Part shown: piece after piece, positions 51,366 to 63,039 of the stretch | Layout of the letters: each line of letters starts with the position of its first letter | How positions within the stretch are numbered: the stretch's first letter is position 1 | NCBI GenBank assembly: GCA_010909165.1 | Contig: MU008171.1 | Coordinates: forward strand, 1,178,001 to 1,242,000 | DNA length: 64,000 nt | Direction of reading: 5' to 3' | DNA from: Anthoceros angustus | Taxonomy: Eukaryota > Plantae > Anthocerotophyta | Translations under genes and position numbers: made by a program | The notes under the pieces: model-generated | Databases searched by the model: none | The model's input: only the letters and a program-made list of their open reading frames with translations | Told to the model about the DNA's origin: nothing

Positions 51366-52307
51366 AGTAACACCCCTCACTACGCAGCTAGTAAGGAAGA
51401 GACAAGTGCTAGCTTCCCAGTGGTCTAGGACCTTGCCAATTCACTCCACAAGAGACTTGCACGATTCTCGCCTCAACCTCACAACACGGACTAGGCTCCA
51501 AGTAGCCGCCACCCGACGGCTCGCAGCCACCTCGAGGTCTTTATTGAATGAATACAACGATGGAATCGGCCCACGCCCAATCACACGCCCTTGATTCCAC
51601 AACAAGCTTACTAGCTAGCTCTCCACATTTCTCTCAACACAAGGTTCGCAGCGCACACTTGCTTGCTCTCTCAAAGAGAGAGTCTAACTTTCTCAAAGCC
51701 CTTGCTCTCTCAAAGAGTGAGTCTAACTTCCCTCAAAGCCCTTGCTCTCTCAAAGAGAGAGTCTAACTTCCTCAAAGCCCTTGCTCTCTCAAAGAGTGAG
51801 TCTAACTTCCTCAAAGCCCTTGCTCTCTCAAAGAGAGAGTCTAACTTCCTCAAAGCCCTTGCTCTCTCAAAGAGTGAGTCTAACTTCCTCAAAGCCCTTG
51901 CTCTCTCAAAGAGTGAGTCTAACTTCCTCAAAGCCCTTGCTCTCTCAAAGAGTGAGTCTAACTTCCTCAAAGCCCTTGCTCTCTCAAAGAGTGAGTCTAA
52001 CTTCCTCAAAGCCCTTGCTCTCTCAAAGAGTGCGTCTAACTTCCTCAAAGCCCTTGCTCTAGCCCTTATATATCTAGCAGCTTGACCTCATCTAGGCAGC
52101 TGTTAAATCTAGGGATTCTTATAGACCACTGATCACTAAGAGTCCCCTCTACGAAGCTCTTCATAAGTAGCTGTAGCAATTGCTCTCTAACAGGAGATTG
52201 CATGAAGCATGCAACACATGCATCTCCTTAAGAGGGCAAGTGCTAACTTAGCTTTTTACCTCTTTTAACTTTTCATCTTTCTACATTGGTTCACCAGTGC
52301 CGTTACT
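51366..52307 (-). repeat. 5' LTR, containing a 39-bp tandem repeat (~10 copies, 51661-52060)
   Basis: Collinear with 44606-45428; adjacent to the PBS; unit CTCTCTCAAAGAGTGAGTCTAACTTCCTCAAAGCCCTTG. Confidence 0.88.
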
Positions 52308-53159
52308 AGTAGTACTTGCTCATTCGCAAAACATGCAACAATCCAGGGTTAATAGTAATTTCGCTCGAAGTAATGAATTCAGTACAACTTTGAGATGAGC
52401 AACGAAATGGCCTGTGCAGGTGTCCTGTTTCGGGTCAACAACGGTGGTGAGCACATAGCACAACCAGACTTCCCGACCTCAGCAGAGAGTGTTAGAAAAC
52501 GGGTGCTAGTCAACACGTCCTATACAAATACAAAGAGCAACATAAATGGAGAAGGGGTAGGCTTCTCGAGCCTGCCTATCCAAAAAGCCTATCAGAAAAG
52601 CTCAGATGCCAAGGGCAATGCCATGTCCCTTGGAAGGCAAGTCGTTTACAGAAATTATTGTGAAATTATTTTGAGCATCATTTTGGGAATTAGGATCTAA
52701 AACTTCATCAACAAAGTATTGATCATCATGATCTGAGGGTAACAAGGAGGGAAGTTGTTCAAAAATAAGAACAAATCGAATCCTTCTAAGACAAATCTTC
52801 ACAAAAAATAACATGTCGACCTAAAATAAATTATCGAATACTTGGAACTAATAAACGGTAATCCATAGAATTCTCATAATATCTGACAAAATTGCACTTA
52901 ATACTCCACTTATCTAATTTTGATCTCTTTTCTTTGGAAATATGAGCAAACGCTACACATCAAAAAACACAAAAATCTGAAGAAAAAGGAACCACACAAG
53001 TCTACAACGCCGCTGGAGTTTGACCCATTAGAACATGAGAAACACCATTGTTCATAATGGAAGCAGCTATTCAAATTGCTTCAACCCAAAAAATCAAAGC
53101 CTAACTCATATGAAATAACATACAACAAGCAGCACCAACGTTTTTAAGTTCAAAGAAGA

Positions 53160-55640
53160 CTTTATTAGAAAGAAGAGATGGGAAAACCGATCGATTCCGA
53201 ACCAAGGGGGGACAACCCACTAAAGGGCCAAGAGCCAGGGGGGCTAGCCCCCACAAATGCCAACCTCGAAGCTACCTACCGCCCCGATTATGTTGTGGTC
53301 CGAGATGAGGAAAGGCCTACGTACAACTGGTATCGATGACGCCATGTCTCATGCGCTCATTGCTGTCTTGTAGATAGCATTTGTCAGCGCCCTCTACAGG
53401 GCGACGGATACCCGCAGTCGAAAGAAAGCCACCACCGAGGAAAGAGGGAGAACCACCATGTTCCAATGACTGTGGTAGGCTTTAGCTCAATCCTTAATGA
53501 GCCAGGAAAACTCCTTATCCCTAGCCCCATGAGTCTCAATGACGAGGGAGATGAAGGTGTGGCCGTCCTGTAAAGGTGTGTACTTGTGACCCTTGGCAAT
53601 CGCACATCCCTCTGCCGCCCAGCCTAGAGGTTTGATAATGACATGCTCGCAAATGGAGTTCCGGATAGGGTCCATTACGACGACATCCGCAACAGAGATT
53701 TGGTGCCCCCAGGTCAAAAATAGATTCGTCCAGAGCGACACTCCATTGCGTAGAGACGTCGAGGGGGGCTCCACAGTTGCAGGCTAAGAGAGAACAGGCC
53801 AGAGGCTGGACCAAACCAGGAGGAACCTCGTCGCAGTAGAAAAAGAAGCCGGTACGATTCGGAACGCCTGGATGCAAGGTCGAGCCAGAAGCCAAGAGCC
53901 TGCTCCCTTATCCAAGCAAGAGCGGATGTGGGCACGAATAGGCCGGGGAATAGTAGAGTCTAGAAGGATTGCCCATTGCGTTTGCCCGTATTGCTTCTAC
54001 TAGAGAGGGGCCTGAAGGCCATGTAGCCCTTCCATGGAAAACGAGGAAAAGGGAGGCATGGCCGCCCTAGCCTCGGAGGAAAGAGAGTCCCTAGCCAACT
54101 TAAGGAAAGCCTGCAAAAGGGAAGGCCCCCTCCCCAATGCCCGAGACGAAGGCCTCCAAAATGGGAATATCCCGGATTAAGAAACGAGCGGTGAAGATGG
54201 GGGTAGAGAGAGTCCAGCTCCCAAGGAAAGCCATTGGCGCCAAGGCCTCCATGGCCATAGACCTGTGCCCCCAAATGCAGTAGAAAGGGATGCTTGCCGC
54301 TGCGCAAAGCCTCCTGCGGCACACTCGAAGGTACTCGGCCCAATATTGTCTCCAATTGCCTGCATAATCTGTAGGTCAAAATTTCACAGGCTTAGAAAAG
54401 CTAGGGAGGGAGCCATCGTCCTGGTGAGGTAACGCAAAGCAGGATGAAAGGATGCCAAATGCCACCGAAGGTCCCCTAATAGAGATAGGTCGTTGAAGTG
54501 GGCCAAGTCCTTCTTCAAAGCCTCATCCACAAAACCCTGAGTAAAGGCCGGAGGTCCCACGGGGACCCCAAAGATGCGAAGTCCCTGCAAGGGAACAATG
54601 TCCCCACTAGGAAATTAAAAAGAGGGAGTAATGACAGACAGGAACCAAACCTTGCACTGCATAATCTTGACCCTCAAACCTAGGCGGAGATTTATGAGGA
54701 GAAAAGAGCAAAAACTTCCCTGACCTTGCCCCTGATTCCTAAGATATGAGTGTCGCTTTGCCGGACGAAAGTGATCCCCGACCACGGGCAAGAATGGCTA
54801 GGCCCACAAGTACAAAGGCAAAGAGGCATTCCCGAGTCCTAAGATATGAGTGTCGTTTGCCACGGACGGAAAGTGACACTCCCCGACCACGCTGGCAGTA
54901 ATGGCTAGGCCCCTGAAGTGCACAAAGGCAAAGAGGGCATTCCCCGAGTCCTAAGATATGAGTGTCATCCGCCACGGACGGAAAGTGACACTCCTCGACC
55001 ACGCCGGCGATGCTTGGCTAGGCCCAGAAGTCTAGCAGCAAGAGGGCACTCCCAAGAGATCCCCTGTCTCGCTTGGCCGTCAATCTAGTACCTGGTAACC
55101 CCTTTCTTAAATGGTCCATGCTCAAAGTAGAGGGTAGACAGGGAACCATAGAAAGACCGGACGAAAGGAATAAGACTTGCCAATTGCCCCCCTGCATCCT
55201 TGATCTATGTAAAAATTGTTGTCCGAGAGACCGTGTTGAAAGCGTTCTCGACGTCCACGTACAGGGTTACCCAATCTTGATGTGACTTCAGAATCGCCGC
55301 GATATCAAACGCGGTCGACTCATAATCCCCAGAGGAACAATCCCAAATTGGTGGGGGCAAAGATGCGCCTTGAACTGCTCCCGAAGTTGGATAGCAATAC
55401 TGCGACCTATGAGGTGTGAAAATGCCTTCCCAACGGTGATAGGGCGCACCCTAGGCATGGACTTCTCCATAGCCAGTAACCTACTAGCCCCCAACACCCG
55501 AGAAATCCAGTGAGGAGTCTCTTCCCTGGCCACTGCTGCCGCTAGAATGAAGAGCTCCGAGAAACCGCTAGAAAGATCCTCGGGAGCTAAGTTATCCCGA
55601 AGGTGATCATAGACTATCCCAGATATACCGAAGAAAACCG
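53160..55640 (-). mobile_element. Degenerate, 5'-truncated non-LTR retrotransposon, CRE-like (RT + restriction-like endonuclease)
   Basis: ASRLLAMEK..RVRPITVG...HLCPHQFGI; DVENAFNTVSR; QGDLLG; SVADDTHILG; GLRIFGVPVGPPAF; CNCGAPLD; VADVVVMDP...KGHKY...FISLVIETHGA (REL domain). Many frameshifts. Confidence 0.75.
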
Positions 55641-55740
55641 CGGGGCAATGGTAAGAGCCCTATCATGGGGAAATGATAAGAACCCTATCATGGGGTAATG
55701 GTAAGAGCCCTATCATGGGGCAATGGTAAGAGCCCTATTG
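55641..55740. repeat. 25-bp tandem repeat (GGGGCAATGGTAAGAGCCCTATCAT) x4
   Basis: Directly visible at the truncation end of the CRE-like element. Confidence 0.85.
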
Positions 55741-56437
55741 AAGACTGTCCTGTCGAGACAAAAAAAGGCTCATGTAATCCAGGATATCTTGTGGAATGAG
55801 GTCATCGGTGGCCTATAAATGAAGCAGCACCAACAAGAATCAACAAGAATTTTACACAATCAGTACCCCGAAGGGTGATTCGGTATTAATTAATTAAAAT
55901 TAGTAAAGGTTGAAAATTCAGAAATTATTATACTTAAAATGCCCAATGTGTAAAAATTTACAAGTTGAAGATGCCAAAAACAAGGAAACTAGGGTTTGTG
56001 TGGAAAATTGGGGCTTGCTTAGGGGAGGTCTATACATATCTATTGGTTCTATATAGATACCTATATATTCTAATAAATGTTAAAATTTGATCAAATTATT
56101 TTTCATAAATATTAAAATTTTAAATCAAAAAATAATTATTTCGGCATTACCTGTTGAACCACCCCTCGAGGTACGGTAGTAAAGAATGGGACAAATATAG
56201 CTACCGAGCCCGTGCTACATAATTCTCACAGCGAGCCTCAAGGTGTGCGCAAGAAAAGGGCTGGGCCGTCCGGAGTCCGACTCCAGGAGGGCAGGGCAGC
56301 CGTTAGGATGTATGTGCGACGGCATAGTTTACACGCACCAATCTTGCAGCAGCCTGCCGCGGGGCGATTGGGAACGATAAGAGGAGTGGGCAGTCACAAT
56401 GGGGATGGATGGGTTTGCCAGCTGAAGGACAGAGACT

Positions 56438-58232
56438 ATGAGAAATTGCCGGGTGCGGGAAGCCCAGTTTTCGAGGGCCTGCGATGCGGTTGTGGGCTTC
56501 TTGCGGCCGATCAAGAGGAGCTGCAGCAGCATGGGCCAAACGCAGAGACGCTTCTGCGTGGCCCTCGCATTGTGCTTCCTGCTCTTCGTTTTTTCAAGTG
56601 GGTCACTCGTGCATGCTCTTGCTGTTGCACGTTTGGTTGTGTAGCGGGAAGCTGATGTGGCTGTCTGGGGCGCAGGTACAATGTCGCGGTTGTTTTTGGA
56701 TTGGGCAATGCCGACTGTGCGTTCCCAGACTGGAAGGTTGGTCACCAGGAGCTCCAAGCATGTGAAGCACAAGCAGCTTGTTCTGGGACCTGCTGCTGGG
56801 CAGGGCTTGCCTGGCCGGGTTCAATGTGAAGACGGGGCAAGTACGACTTGCTCATGTTTGGTGCCGTGTGGAAGAGGAAATTTCGAACGTGGCTCTGCTG
56901 AAGCATGTCTCCTCTTTCTCCAGGCCTTCAAGCTGTGACCACGAGACCGAAGTTGGTTGCCTGTGTGCTTCCTCGTGACGAAATGGTGACGTTTGTAACC
57001 ATGTTCGTGAGCAATAGCGCTCAGCAGCCTTCGGTGGGGACAAGCAGAAATTCCTGGTGGAATCGGGGAAGCAGGGTCACCACACCCGTGGACAAGCGTT
57101 TCGCAGTTCTCAACGTCTTTCTGCAGTCTGTCGAGGTATGTGTGAGCTTGTGTAAGTGTGTTGCTCATGTGATGTGTCAAATCGCTTACTTCCTAATCTC
57201 TTTTGTTCTTTAGATTTTCGCAGGTATCTATGCCTGGCAGTGAGGCAGTGGTGATTACTGACCCAGATTCCGAGTTCCGGACCGATAGCTTGCCTCCAAA
57301 TACGGTTGTTAAGTACATTCACGGCAACTATACTCGGAATACTCTAATGCTCCAACGTCTGGAATCATACATTGTAAGGACTCGTCGGTCATGCTTTCAG
57401 CTCATGTGCTTTGTAAGGCCCTGCACTCATGTCTCAGCCTCTGTTTGACGCAGGCCTTCCTAAAACTCGTGCGGGAGCAGCTCAGGAAAGAGACCATCTC
57501 GAAGCACATAGTTTTCAGCGATTCGGATATCATAGTCGTGGATGACCTCAAATGTGCCTTCACAAAGTATGCAACTTGGCATGTTGCTATGACCTTTCGG
57601 AACAACAAACGTCAGCCTATCAACTCTGGAGTCTTCATGGTACGGGGAACGAAGGAAGGCCTGACCAGGTATGAGGGACTTGTCACTTGCACCTGCATTG
57701 TCCCACTATTGCCCTTCTCTTTGCTTTGCCTAACATGCCGGAAGTGTTGGGTGGCAGGGGTAAGGCCTTTCTGACAAATGTGGTGAGAGTTTTCAAGGCT
57801 CGTTTCTCCGGCAGTGCCAAGATGCTTGGAGACCAGCTGGCTATTGCCTGGATACTTAGGAAATTGTCATCCATAAGTATGGAGAGATTCTCACATGCAG
57901 AGGCCTTCGAGGCCGACGTTCTGGGAACACGCGTGCTCTTCTTGCCGTGTCTTTCATACAATTGGACGCCGGCCGAGGGGGCTGGGCAGTTCCATGGCAT
58001 GCCCGAAGACGTGAAGGTCTGTCTTTTCCCCATGCTCCCGTCCCGTCTCCTCAACTGCTTTGTGAAGGGACTGAAAATCCTCCTTCTCATCTTGCAGGTG
58101 TTGCATTTCAAAGGCTCCACTAAAAGTTTGATGCTGCATGCATGGAATTTCTACAAGAGCGAAAGGAAGCCCGGCTTTTCTAACATGAAATGTCTCATTT
58201 TGAAAAGCGGTCGAACCAAGTATCAGTTTTAA
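56438..58232 (+). CDS. Conserved plant type-II membrane putative glycosyltransferase (GT-A fold, DxD motif), ~6 exons
   Basis: N-terminal TM RRFCVALALCFLLFVFS; HIVFSDSDIIVVDDL (DxD); PINSGVFMVR; LGDQLAIAW; YNWTPAEGAGQFHGMPEDVK|VLHFKG; ends SGRTKYQF*. Clean GT-AG introns. Confidence 0.8.
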
Positions 58233-58459
58233 CCCCATATGGACCCAAATCTCCCATCCGGAACGCTTTCTTTCCGAAAGATGTTTTCTTCTACCCTTTT
58301 CCTGTACTTATGTGGATAATTATCTCAAGAAGAACGGCAAAGAAAAACTTAAGAAACGTCCCCCCAAGATATGTACATAGGAGGGAATATTAATCAGCTT
58401 GGATTTATGTCCTCGTTCACACACTTCAAGTAGAGGGACATGGTCTTTGATTGCAAGCC

Positions 58460-60450
58460 GCTACGATGTGTGTGTCTGGCCAAGCTCGTCAGAGGAGACT
58501 AGAGCTATTTGTGCTCCGGGCCGTGCAACCCGAAGCACGTAAGTAGCCAATGTAGCTGGATCACAATCGCAGACATATACGGAAAGTCCGTCCACATCCT
58601 GACAGGTAGCATTTCCAGAGCAAGTGGAGGAGACGTCGGTGAGATTGGAGCAGGAAGTGTGCCCCACAATATAGGACAGCTCCAACCCATGATGGCCTTC
58701 ACCGATGATAGTTTGATTGTCTGTACTGTAACAGGGCGGATTGACCATGCTTGCAAAGCCACACCCTCCTACCACATACTGAATACCACCCCCATGTATA
58801 TATCACCCTCCTCGCACCTGCAGGCAAAGAAGAGATATCATGCAACACTGGTAAATGTTGCAGAAGCGGTTGGTGGGCGGGATGTTGACGCAGTCGGTCA
58901 GCTTGTCCCACTGGAAATGTCAGTGGTAACATTGCCTGACGTAGCCTTTCACAAAGAAGAGGTTGTTGCCAGAGAGGGCATAGGGAGATTCAGGGTCCGG
59001 GAAGAAGGAAGTCTTGCCAGCAGCTATGAGAGGGCCTTAACAGAACTACAGAGAAGAGCGCAACCAGCAGCAGCTCCTGACTCCAGGGCTCGACGTAGAG
59101 CCTCTGAGATAATGACACTGGAGGGTCTAGCAACCATTCATCCCCCCCGGGATGCATGTCTTGACCTCTCTCTGACATGTACTATGTTTACCATGACCCC
59201 CCTTCCAAATGGCGATCTTGGCCAACACTTCAATCAAAGAGCACGCAATTGCATGCGCACAATGATCTTCGGTCCGCATAGCATCTACCAAAGGGCGATG
59301 CCAACACCTCAATCCACAACACACCGGGTAGAGCAATCCATCAATACTCCTTCCGTCTTTTATTTCTTCGTGAATACGAAATACGACAGAAATTCACGCG
59401 CCACACCGTCGGCAGTCCTCGAACTGTCGACAGGTAACAAAAAGCTCCCATGCCCAGGAGAGCCTAGAAAAGCGTTGGAAACGGAAAGCTTGTGCGAAAC
59501 ACATCTATCAGGACGCACAAGATGGAATTTAAAGGGTGAAGGCAGCGAATTGCAGAAAGTCACAATCGCAAGGCAGTCTGGCAAGGCTTCTGCATCAACC
59601 GCGTTTTTGTTTTGGGCGGACGCAGCCGAGTGCCTAGAGAGAGAACCGAGGTAGCGAAGCCAGAGATGGCGAATTCAGTGATGCAGACAGGCCGGCCCCA
59701 GAACCGAGCAAGGCGTGCCCACAAAACAGCCAATCCAGTCCCCCAACCCAGTTCGAGTACATGACCGTTAGACCCCCTACAGATCCTCCTCCGGGCACTG
59801 AGGAGCACACCAAGCAATCCAGCAGGAGGGAAGGGAGGGCAAGCAGATGTGCTACCTGTTGGTGAAGGGAGGAGGAAGACGCATGCCTATCAGTCCCGCC
59901 TTCCCTGCATGCACTTCCCCGAATTCCATCGGTAAGTCGGTGCAGTCGGTTGCATAGACGGACGCCACTAAATAAACACAGGGAACCACCCACAGGTGAA
60001 TGGACCACAAGCATGGCCATGAAGGAGCGAGCTGCCTGGTGCCCTCGACTCGACGCGTTCCACATTCATGGAGTCACGAGCCGCAGATTCGCGGTTCTTC
60101 TGAAGAACAAGTACCTCCTTCACCGGAAGAAAGGCACTCACGTAACGTCCTCCAGTCAGGACCTGCCCTCCTATCGCCCTGGCCGGGCCTTCACTAGCCT
60201 ACTTTGCACCACTTGGCCACGGCACCAACCAACGGCACCAAGGACTTCTGCAGCTGCTTTGCCAGCTCCTCTGCCGCGGCAAAACCAGAAACCAGTGCCT
60301 ACGAAGCAACATTCGGTTCCACAGCCATTCCAGCACCAAGAAATGCCCTACATCCTTCAAAAGCAGCATGTCGAGCATATCGAACTCCAGCAATGTAGAT
60401 ATGTGATAACAATTCAATCCATATCCTGATACCATCGTCTCCCATGTGGT
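58460..60450 (-). pseudogene. Possible heavily decayed family-16 (EEF2KMT/METTL21-like) SAM methyltransferase pseudogene
   Basis: HVLELGWGTGLAVL (motif I-like) at ~59760; weak fragments (AFLGAGMAVEP near 60330; DPATLATYVLRVA near 58550) in shifting frames. No intact model can be built. Confidence 0.3.
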
Positions 60451-60829
60451 GAGCTGCCATTTAGTGCGCGAAGCGTACACAATGTACGCTGTGCAAAGGT
60501 ATCCATCTGTCCCCTCTCCATACTCTGCACTGTGCAAATCACAGAAAACACAATCCTACACATGTTATGTCCAGTGTCGACTACCTAACGGGTGGCTCTA
60601 TGTGCTCTTTCGGGCCGTAACCCGCAGTCAACTTCTCTTACCGCGGGGTTCTCAGTATGAACATTTTTACCATGCGATTCCGTTTCTCACATTTGCACCC
60701 GGCGGTTTTTAATCAGTGGAGAAGGTAGGAGGGATATGTGATATGAAGATCGAATTAAGCACCCTAGGTCAAGTAACGGTTTACAAGTTTCAAAGGTACA
60801 CGTGTCCAAATGGCTTAGGCCAAATGGAC

Positions 60830-61035
60830 ACACCTTTATAAGAACGTCATGATTAAGCATCCTGATCGGGACTTAGATGGGGTGCCTGAAGGGAGTGGAT
60901 GCCCTTGCCTGAAGGGAGTGGATACCCTTGGTGCAAATAGCTTAGGCACACCATGGTATAAGTTGCTAACTACCAAGTCCCATGATGGAAATCCGTCCTT
61001 AGTGGACTTAATTAGAATTCTTCTTCTTCTTCTTC
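60830..61035. repeat. Short copy of the dispersed repeat also present at ~40160-41185
   Basis: ctttataagaa...agcatcctg...gatggggtg...ggatacccttggtgcaaatagcttaggcacaccatggt...agtcccat...ggaaat...tggact..tagaattcttcttc matches 40160-40190 and 41010-41185. Confidence 0.7.
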
Positions 61036-61102
61036 AAAAATGATCTTTTATAATCATAAAGAAAATTTATCATTATTAATAAAAATATGGGATAATGTGC
61101 AT

Positions 61103-61172
61103 TGTCAGGAATGGGATTCGAACTCATCAACTTTCGTGACCAGTATTGGAATTGGCGTCTTAGACCTTCAAC
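61103..61172 (-). pseudogene. Degenerate tRNA-Leu-derived sequence (tRNA pseudogene or SINE head)
   Basis: Reverse complement reads GGTCTAAGACGCCAATTCCAATACTGGTCACGAAAGTTGATGAGTTCGAATCCCATTCCTGACA. It resembles plant tRNA-Leu (GGTCTAAGGCGCCAG...CTGGTC...GTGGGTTCAAATCCCACTTCTGACA). The 5' acceptor strand is lost and a T5 run follows. Confidence 0.6.
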
Positions 61173-61664
61173 AACAACAACAATGACATTCATGTCCACA
61201 GTCAGCAATCCTAACACTCAACACCTAAAGGCATTCCTTAGTGTAGATCTTTATTATCAGTCCCTGCTACCTACATCCTGGTAGGCGATGGGCTATGACC
61301 GCGCCGCCGGTTGGCCATGAGGATGGGACATGCTTATGGAGCCTGCGTCTCAATCTCCGAAGCAATCAATGTTTCACGCGCGTAAAATCTGGCGTGGCAT
61401 GCCATGCCTCGCCCATCACGATTCTCTCTCATCATGGTATACATTGAACACAACACTATGTAGCGGTCCATACAGGGCCGTCACTGCCGTATTTTGCCGA
61501 GCACGACGGCTGACACAACCCCAAGATAAGACCCACACCACAACGAGGTTGTGATGTAAACCATGTTTAATTTCGTAACTGCAGCGGAAATATGAGCGGC
61601 GTTTCAAACAAACCAAACCAAAGACAAGCAGTTAACATGGAGCGGAAGCCAAGAGCGAGATCTG

Positions 61665-62560
61665 GGCGTGAGCGGAGGCGGGGAGCGATCTGCAGGCGGC
61701 GAGGAGGCGGAGGCGGGGAGTGATCTGGCGTGAGGAGGCGGATTCAGGCGGGGATCGGCTCGGGATAGGGGCGCAGGGGATGGGAAACATGATGGTGGGC
61801 AGGGCAGGGCATGGGCAAGCGTCGAGAGCGGGTGGGTAGGGACGGGAGGTGTGTGTGGCGGGGAGGCGGGGCGAGAGCGGGCGAGGCGAGGCGAGGGCGG
61901 GAGGCGGAGGCGGGAGGGCAGGCGAGGCGGGGATGGGGAGGCACAGGGATGTGGGGAGGGCAGGGGCGAGGCGGGGAGGCGGGGCGAGGAGGCCGTGGTG
62001 CAGGCGGGAGGCTGCAACCGGGGATAAGGCGAGGCGGGGCGCGAGGACAAGGTGAGGCAGGGAGGCGCGGGGCGGGGGCAGGGGCAGGCGGGAGGGGCGG
62101 GGGCAGGGGCGGGCGAGGCGGGGCGGGGCGAGGCGAGGCGGCCGAGGCGCGGGGCGGGGCGGGGCGGGGCGCGAGGGCAGGGGCGGGGCGGGGCGGGCCG
62201 AGGGCGGGGCAGGCGAGGCGGAGGGCAGGGGCAGGCGGCGAGGAGGCCGAGGAGGCGGGGCAGGGGCGAGGCGGGGTGAGGCCGAGGCGTGGGGCGAGGG
62301 CGGGGCGGGCCGAGGAGGCGAGGACGGGACGGGGCGGGCCGAGGAGGCGGGGCGGGACGGGGCGGGCCGAGGCGAGGGCAGGGGCAGGCGGGGCGGGAGG
62401 CGCGAGGGCGGGGCGGCCGAGGGGCGGAGGCGGGAGGCGGGGCGAGCCGAGGAGGCGCGGACGGGAGGCGGGACGGGAGGTCACGGGGACAGGGGCGAGG
62501 CCGAGGAGGGCGCGGGGCAGCTTGTCGTGGGTGAGGGCCGAGGGTGGCTTTGGGCAGCTT
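61665..62560. repeat. Extremely G-rich, strand-asymmetric low-complexity tract (GGGGC/GAGGC units)
   Basis: Directly visible; almost no T between ~62050 and 62480. Confidence 0.95.
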
Positions 62561-63039
62561 GTCGCGGGTGGTGAAGGAGCGGCACAAGCTGGGGAGCGTG
62601 GACATGCTTCCTGGCGAAGATTTGGGGCAATGAGCACTTGAACTTCAAGCTCCACGGAGTGTCCACGGAAACCTCCCAAAATCGCTGATCTCTGACCCTT
62701 GACTCCACGGATTTTATGCAGGGCTCAACCCGGCTCAAGGAAGCCAAGACCGTGATTACCAAACTCCTCCAGAGATGCAGACTTTGCGTGTCTCCTCGTA
62801 AAAAGAAAGAGAAGCATGCCCCATTCGTAACAATGTGGGCAGAAATGCTGAATAGGAAGTTGCACCAATCAAGAGGACTAACCAAACCTTGCCACTGCAC
62901 TATCATTGGCATGCTTCATGCTGTTTTGTTGTACGGGTTGGGTATCGTGTTAATTTGTGAAACAAACTAGTGAAGGAGTCCAGGCCATACAAGGCCAGTA
63001 ACAGTCTAAACAAATTCCTCATTTACGAAGCATTCATCA

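Larger units (their letters stand above)
44606..52307 (-). mobile_element. Ty3/Gypsy LTR retrotransposon, chromovirus-type, degenerate (gag-PR-RT-RNaseH-INT-chromodomain)
   Basis: Protease ARMLLDLAATHNFI; RT PPRRIVDHEIDLKPG...SPFGAPVLF...LCLDYRALN...VIYLDDI; integrase ISMDFI...VDRFNKQAHFIP...HGLPTQIVSDKDLRF; FHVSLLKP followed by chromodomain-like EYLVRLRGY..PVWV. PBS-like gctctaatacaa at 51351-51362 (decayed tRNA-iMet PBS); PPT (ttctctcccct on +) at ~45427-45438. Confidence 0.93.

Noticed and set aside
51663-52085. Repetitive ORFs (KALALSKSESNFL)n
   Set aside because: Translation of the 39-bp LTR tandem repeat.
52395-52700. 101-aa ORF right of the LTR
   Set aside because: No recognisable homology; may be a fragment but cannot be supported.
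58509-59654. 381-aa plus-strand ORF
   Set aside because: No recognisable domain, non-ATG start in the track, and antisense to a probable methyltransferase relic. Treated as chance unless expression data say otherwise.
61604-62679. Long Pro/Arg/Gly-rich ORFs (extensin-like)
   Set aside because: Open in several frames only because the G-rich tract lacks stop codons; no signal peptide.
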